64,000 nt of DNA. Source: a virus. The stretch lies in the IMG/VR virus record IMGVR_UViG_3300028559_001021, positions 2,746 through 66,745 of that record. One strand, written 5' to 3'. The translations under genes were made by a program, and so were the position numbers. This document shows positions 60,183 through 64,000 of this stretch, one piece after another (within the stretch, counting starts at the first letter, position 1; each line of letters starts with the position of its first letter). The notes below the pieces were generated by a model that saw only the letters and a list, made by a program, of their open reading frames with translations, did no database searches and was not told the origin of the DNA.

Positions 60183-61739
60183 TTATTTTAATTTAGACAT
60201 CAAATCCTTCATTCTTAGGAATTGGGGATTTTCGTATGTTTTTGATTCAATTAAGTTAATCGCTGAACCTGTTGAAGGTGATTTTTGAATTGTCCTTTCA
60301 ACTGATTCATTAACTTGTTGAGGTTTTGAACTTGTTAGTTCGTCTTTTAATACTTTGTATAGATTTTTTGATTCTTTAAGAGTTTCAACACCATCAAATC
60401 TTTGTAGAATATTAATTTTTTCTTGTTTTGAAGTTGAATGTTCTGTAAACAATCTAGTTGCGTACGCCAAATTAGAATTGAAGATTGCAACTTCATCAAG
60501 TTTAGTTCTAAAAATATTTAATGCTTTTCTATACTCTTCATTTTTTTCTCTAAGGATTTCAAGTTCAGAATTGTCAATAGATTCTTTTCTGATGTGACGT
60601 GGTGCGGCTTTTGGTTTCGGAAGACCTTCTCTACCCCAATATTTACCATTTCCTAAAGTACGTGACGCTTCCTTTGTTTCCATTTTTTTCATCATTGGTT
60701 TCATTGGTTTAGCCATATTTTCTTTTCTTGATGATGTTGGTTTCTTTGAAAACTCACCATCAAAACTTGGAGAATCAGATTTGTAAATATCTTTTTTAGG
60801 TTTACCCATACCTACACCTCTAGTGCCTTGTGGTTGTTTTTTAGTTGGGTAATCAGTAGTTTTACTAGAATACTTAAATTTAGATGCTGAGCCAAAACCC
60901 ATACCTTTTGGTTTTTTTGTGGATTTTTTTGATTCCGTCATAAATTCATTGTCTTCTTCCTCTTCAAAACCTTCAAAGAATTCCTCGTCTGAATAATTTT
61001 CTTCCTCTTCAAAATCTTCAAAGAATTCCTCGTCTGAATAATTTTCTTCTTCTTCAAAACCTTCTCCAAATTCATCTTCAAATGCTGATTCAACATCAGA
61101 GTCATCCATTTCAATTTCGTATAAAGTTTCTTCTTCTTCATCGTATTGATGATTCATACCATAACCCATATCGTCCATTTCCATCATATCCATGTCCATA
61201 TCGTCCATTTCCATCATATCCATGTCCATATCGTCCATTTCCATCATTTCATTAGAATGATACATTTCATCGTATTCATCGTATTCATCCATACCTTCGC
61301 TAACAATCATATACTCTTTATTTGTTTCATTGTCTTTTAAGTTTATGTTGCCCGCAGTATCTTTGGTTACAACGATTTCATCTTCAGGACTTAAAAGTTT
61401 GAATACTCTTAAAACTTCTGAAGCTGGTTGTTTTGTTAGGTCTATTGTATCAACCTCCATATTCGGTTCTGACATATCCATATCGTCTTCAATATCCATA
61501 TCATCGTCCTCTAAATCCATAGAGGCGTCATCAATGTCCACATCATCTTCTATGTCCATATCATCTTCTTCATCTTCAACCTCTTCATCGTCTTGTTCTT
61601 TGAGAGATTCTTTTACCAATTCTTTGATTTCTTGTCTCATTGTTGAGGCAAGTATTCCTTTTGCATTTTCAGTTACAACGTCTTCCAAATTTTTCATTTG
61701 TAGTATTGCTTCTTCAACTAATGATTTATTTTCAGCCAT
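60183..61739 (-). CDS. Prohead core/scaffold protein (gp22-like)
   Basis: Very acidic, many LxE sites, located between the protease and MCP genes. Confidence 0.8.
   Translation of the reverse strand: MAENKSLVEEAILQMKNLEDVVTENAKGILASTMRQEIKELVKESLKEQDDEEVEDEEDDMDIEDDVDIDDASMDLEDDDMDIEDDMDMSEPNMEVDTIDLTKQPASEVLRVFKLLSPEDEIVVTKDTAGNINLKDNETNKEYMIVSEGMDEYDEYDEMYHSNEMMEMDDMDMDMMEMDDMDMDMMEMDDMGYGMNHQYDEEEETLYEIEMDDSDVESAFEDEFGEGFEEEENYSDEEFFEDFEEEENYSDEEFFEGFEEEEDNEFMTESKKSTKKPKGMGFGSASKFKYSSKTTDYPTKKQPQGTRGVGMGKPKKDIYKSDSPSFDGEFSKKPTSSRKENMAKPMKPMMKKMETKEASRTLGNGKYWGREGLPKPKAAPRHIRKESIDNSELEILREKNEEYRKALNIFRTKLDEVAIFNSNLAYATRLFTEHSTSKQEKINILQRFDGVETLKESKNLYKVLKDELTSSKPQQVNESVERTIQKSPSTGSAINLIESKTYENPQFLRMKDLMSKLK
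60959..61250. repeat. Coding tandem repeats in the scaffold gene
   Basis: 45-nt EEEENYSDEEFFE(D/G)F duplication and 30-nt MMEMDDMDMD repeats. Confidence 0.85.
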
Positions 61740-61851
61740 TTCGTTTTTTATTATATAAATATGTTAATTTTTTAAAAAAATATTTTTTTGTAGATAATAC
61801 CATACAAAAAAGATTATTTTATATAACATAAATATTGTATATGGACAAAAA

Positions 61852-61886
61852 AAATAAGGATAACCCATTTTTTGGATTATCCTTAT
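61852..61886 (-). terminator. Terminator
   Basis: ATAAGGATAA...TTATCCTTAT inverted repeat with an adjacent A run. Confidence 0.7.
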
Positions 61887-61906
61887 CAAAATTATTGATG
61901 AATTAA

Positions 61907-62122
61907 TTATTCAATCACCTCATCAATTTTACTTTCAACAATTGCGGTAATACGCCAATCAGTTGTGTAATGTTCGTAAACCTTGGTTATTTTGGCCTCA
62001 ACATCAGTTGGGGTATATCCCATAACCAATTTTTCAAGTTTAATTTTCTTTACCTTTCCGGTTTCATCATCAACAAAATCTTCAGCAATTTTTGCAACAA
62101 AATATTTTTGTCCGTCTTCCAT
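61907..62122 (-). CDS. DUF4494-like small protein
   Basis: YF..KI.....GKVKK.....LV....TDVEAKI pattern. Confidence 0.5.
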   Translation of the reverse strand: MEDGQKYFVAKIAEDFVDDETGKVKKIKLEKLVMGYTPTDVEAKITKVYEHYTTDWRITAIVESKIDEVIE

Positions 62123-62151
62123 AGTTTTAGAATTTTTTTTTAAAATATTAA

Positions 62152-62871
62152 TTAATATCCCAAATAATCGTTTAATCTTTTCATTAAGTCAAGTGATTTA
62201 TTCCCACTTTGACCAACATTTCTCTCAACAGACATTTTTTTATCGTCATCCAAATTCTCATCCAAACTTGTTCTATCTTCTTTATTCAAGAAAAGATAAG
62301 CACCAGGTGTTGATGGAGAAGATACCAAGTCAAAACAAATTAATTCAAAGTCATCCTGAACTTCATTTTGTTCCCCAACCTTTTTAAGTGATCCTACACC
62401 ACGAGAAGAAATACCAAGAGTAACACCTTGTCTTAAGTAGTTTGCCGCTAAATCTCCTTTTGTGGATACAATTCCTCTCTCGTGAAATCCAGGACTTGTT
62501 AATAGTTTTAATTTACCCATTAAAACTGGTCCTTCCCACCACACTTCAGTAATTAAGTGGGAAGCTCTGTCTAAATCAATTAGAGACGATTCTGGGTGAT
62601 TTAATTCAGAAAGAGAAGTGCCTTTTTGAATCATCTTTTTGTAATTTTCAGATTCTCTTTTTAATATCCTTTCAGGATAAATTCTACCATTTCTATTTGG
62701 GGTATTATATTTTTGTAGAACGGCATAAAATTCAAAAGGTTTGGAGTGGTCTAAAAAGTTTCTAGTTTCCAATATATAAGAATTCATTGTTGTATTAGGC
62801 GAAACCCACCCATCATTCTCAATTAATATTCCTTTACCTAATTCACCAGGATTTAAAATTCTTAAGCTCAT
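62152..62871 (-). CDS. Prohead protease (T4 gp21-like)
   Basis: NRNGRIYP, ELNHP, GISSRGVGS and DLVSSPS motifs. Confidence 0.95.
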   Translation of the reverse strand: MSLRILNPGELGKGILIENDGWVSPNTTMNSYILETRNFLDHSKPFEFYAVLQKYNTPNRNGRIYPERILKRESENYKKMIQKGTSLSELNHPESSLIDLDRASHLITEVWWEGPVLMGKLKLLTSPGFHERGIVSTKGDLAANYLRQGVTLGISSRGVGSLKKVGEQNEVQDDFELICFDLVSSPSTPGAYLFLNKEDRTSLDENLDDDKKMSVERNVGQSGNKSLDLMKRLNDYLGY

Positions 62872-62895
62872 TTTGTGATTTTTATTAATAAATAT

Positions 62896-63354
62896 TTATG
62901 TTTTTATATTTATTAACTTATCACTCTTTTTAGTTAGACTAAAATTGAAATAATGATTGTTGGTAAGATTGTCTTGGATAATTTTTTTTGTTAGATTCTT
63001 TAAGATTTCTTTAACATTATTTGATTTAAAATCAATATCTTGTTGGTTAAGAAAAAAATTAATCTCAAGATTAAGGAAAGACTTTTTTTCCATTTGTAGC
63101 CCACTAGACCTTAAATCCAAATCAACAATAAACTTTTTTTCAAATAATTCAGTATTTATATTATTGTAAATTGTGTGTTTGACTTTTCTTGATAAATTCA
63201 ATATTACACGATTCCAATTTTCAAGTTCAAGTTGAGGTTCAACCCAAGTTTGTATGTTTAGATATATTGATTTCAGTTCAACTGAATCAACAGTTCCATA
63301 TAAAATCTTAGCGGTTTTAAATCCTTGGATTTTTGAAGTTTTTCCTTTTTTCAT
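62896..63354 (-). CDS. Hypothetical protein
   Basis: 152-aa ORF; YGTVD and FIVDLDLRSSG motifs. Confidence 0.7.
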   Translation of the reverse strand: MKKGKTSKIQGFKTAKILYGTVDSVELKSIYLNIQTWVEPQLELENWNRVILNLSRKVKHTIYNNINTELFEKKFIVDLDLRSSGLQMEKKSFLNLEINFFLNQQDIDFKSNNVKEILKNLTKKIIQDNLTNNHYFNFSLTKKSDKLINIKT

Positions 63355-63428
63355 TCATAAAATATTTCTTTGTTTATTTTTGAATAAAAAATAAGTAAAA
63401 TTTAAGTAAATGTCAAAAAAACCAAAAT

Positions 63429-63617
63429 ATGTTAATTGTAAAAGTAGATAACAAAACCCCAATTGAAAAAGCACTTAAACTCTTTAAGAGTAAAGTGATT
63501 AAAACTAAATTAATGACGGAGTTGAAACAAAGAAAAGAATTCACCAAAAACTCTATTAGACGCAGAGACAAAGTTAAAAAAGCGGTATATTCTCAAAAAA
63601 CAAAAAGAGAGGATTAA
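63429..63617 (+). CDS. rpsU: Ribosomal protein bS21
   Basis: IEKALK.FK.K......EL..RKEF.K.S..RR....KAVY, Bacteroidota-like with Tyr54. Confidence 0.9.
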   Translation: MLIVKVDNKTPIEKALKLFKSKVIKTKLMTELKQRKEFTKNSIRRRDKVKKAVYSQKTKRED

Positions 63618-64000
63618 AGACTTTCGTTCAGATTTTTTAATTTGAAATAAGTTAATTTATCAAACTTCTCCTCTTTTAATTTTAATATGGTTTCATCAAT
63701 TCTTACTGATGTATCGGAATCCGATTCCGATTTATGGTTATTTAATTTGTCAATTACTTTAAGTTTTGTCAACTCATAACTCTCTTTCATAATCTTTTCA
63801 TCCTGAGACAATAATTTCACCAACTCACTCTTATCACTTTCATTTAAATTTTCAATATAAGAAGCGATAGATTTATTAGCCATTTTAATCATTGAACTAA
63901 TTGGTAAGTTAATTACCTCCTTAGTCTCTTCTTTTTTAATTAGAGATTCCGCAATCATTTTTTTACTGATAACTTTATTTTCTAAAGTCAGTATATTGGT
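63614..64000 (-). CDS. Hypothetical protein (5' truncated by window)
   Basis: Frame of ORF 63614-63958 stays open to the window end. Confidence 0.7.
   Translation of the reverse strand, partial: TNILTLENKVISKKMIAESLIKKEETKEVINLPISSMIKMANKSIASYIENLNESDKSELVKLLSQDEKIMKESYELTKLKVIDKLNNHKSESDSDTSVRIDETILKLKEEKFDKLTYFKLKNLNESL

Noticed and set aside
55075-61250. CRISPR array
   Set aside because: The repeats are in-frame coding duplications without unique spacers; no cas genes are present.
599-63169. Numerous 60-170 aa overlapping ORFs in the track (e.g. 53502-54017, 61330-61758, 21380-21748)
   Set aside because: They are antisense or off-frame shadows of well-supported genes, with low-complexity composition and no motifs.
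1-64000. Genome-wide stop-codon reassignment (code 4/15/25)
   Set aside because: Long core genes are intact in code 11 and TGA ends several genes (e.g. 358-360 and the ATGA overlaps); the in-frame stops are isolated.
1-64000. Eukaryotic giant virus or bacterial chromosome origin
   Set aside because: The gp23/gp21/gp13/gp5/gp55-like genes and bS21 indicate a tailed bacteriophage despite the sugar genes and SOD.

Overview
This AT-rich 64-kb window comes from a large T4-like (jumbo) tailed phage that uses the standard genetic code. The host is most likely Bacteroidota/Flavobacteria, judged from a bS21 carrying Tyr54, a DUF4494-like gene and A-rich start regions without Shine-Dalgarno motifs. 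The window holds: (1) a SNF2 helicase end, a superoxide dismutase fused to two nuclease-like domains, a gp13-like neck protein and family B DNA polymerase; (2) a fibre/decoration region with Pro/Thr-rich and TGGT-repeat proteins beside GT60-like and HtrL/YibB enzymes; (3) a ~16-kb glycan-synthesis island (GT2/4/10/11/25, Gmd, DegT, acyl- and methyltransferases); (4) PhoH, a gp55-like sigma factor and a gp5-like baseplate protein; (5) putative capsid-internal proteins sharing cleavable leaders; (6) the gp23/gp22/gp21 head module and bS21; (7) several free-standing homing endonucleases. Best candidates for new biology: an apparent programmed ribosomal stop-hop (GGC-TGA-GGT within competing hairpins) directly behind a homing endonuclease, echoing T4 mobA/gene 60; a ~190-nt structured ncRNA with its own promoter motif and terminator; a possible mucin-type O-glycosylation system for virion fibres; and a leader-addressed cargo set (SOD polyprotein, WYL, peptidoglycan binders). 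All family calls come from motif recognition by eye; no database searches were run.
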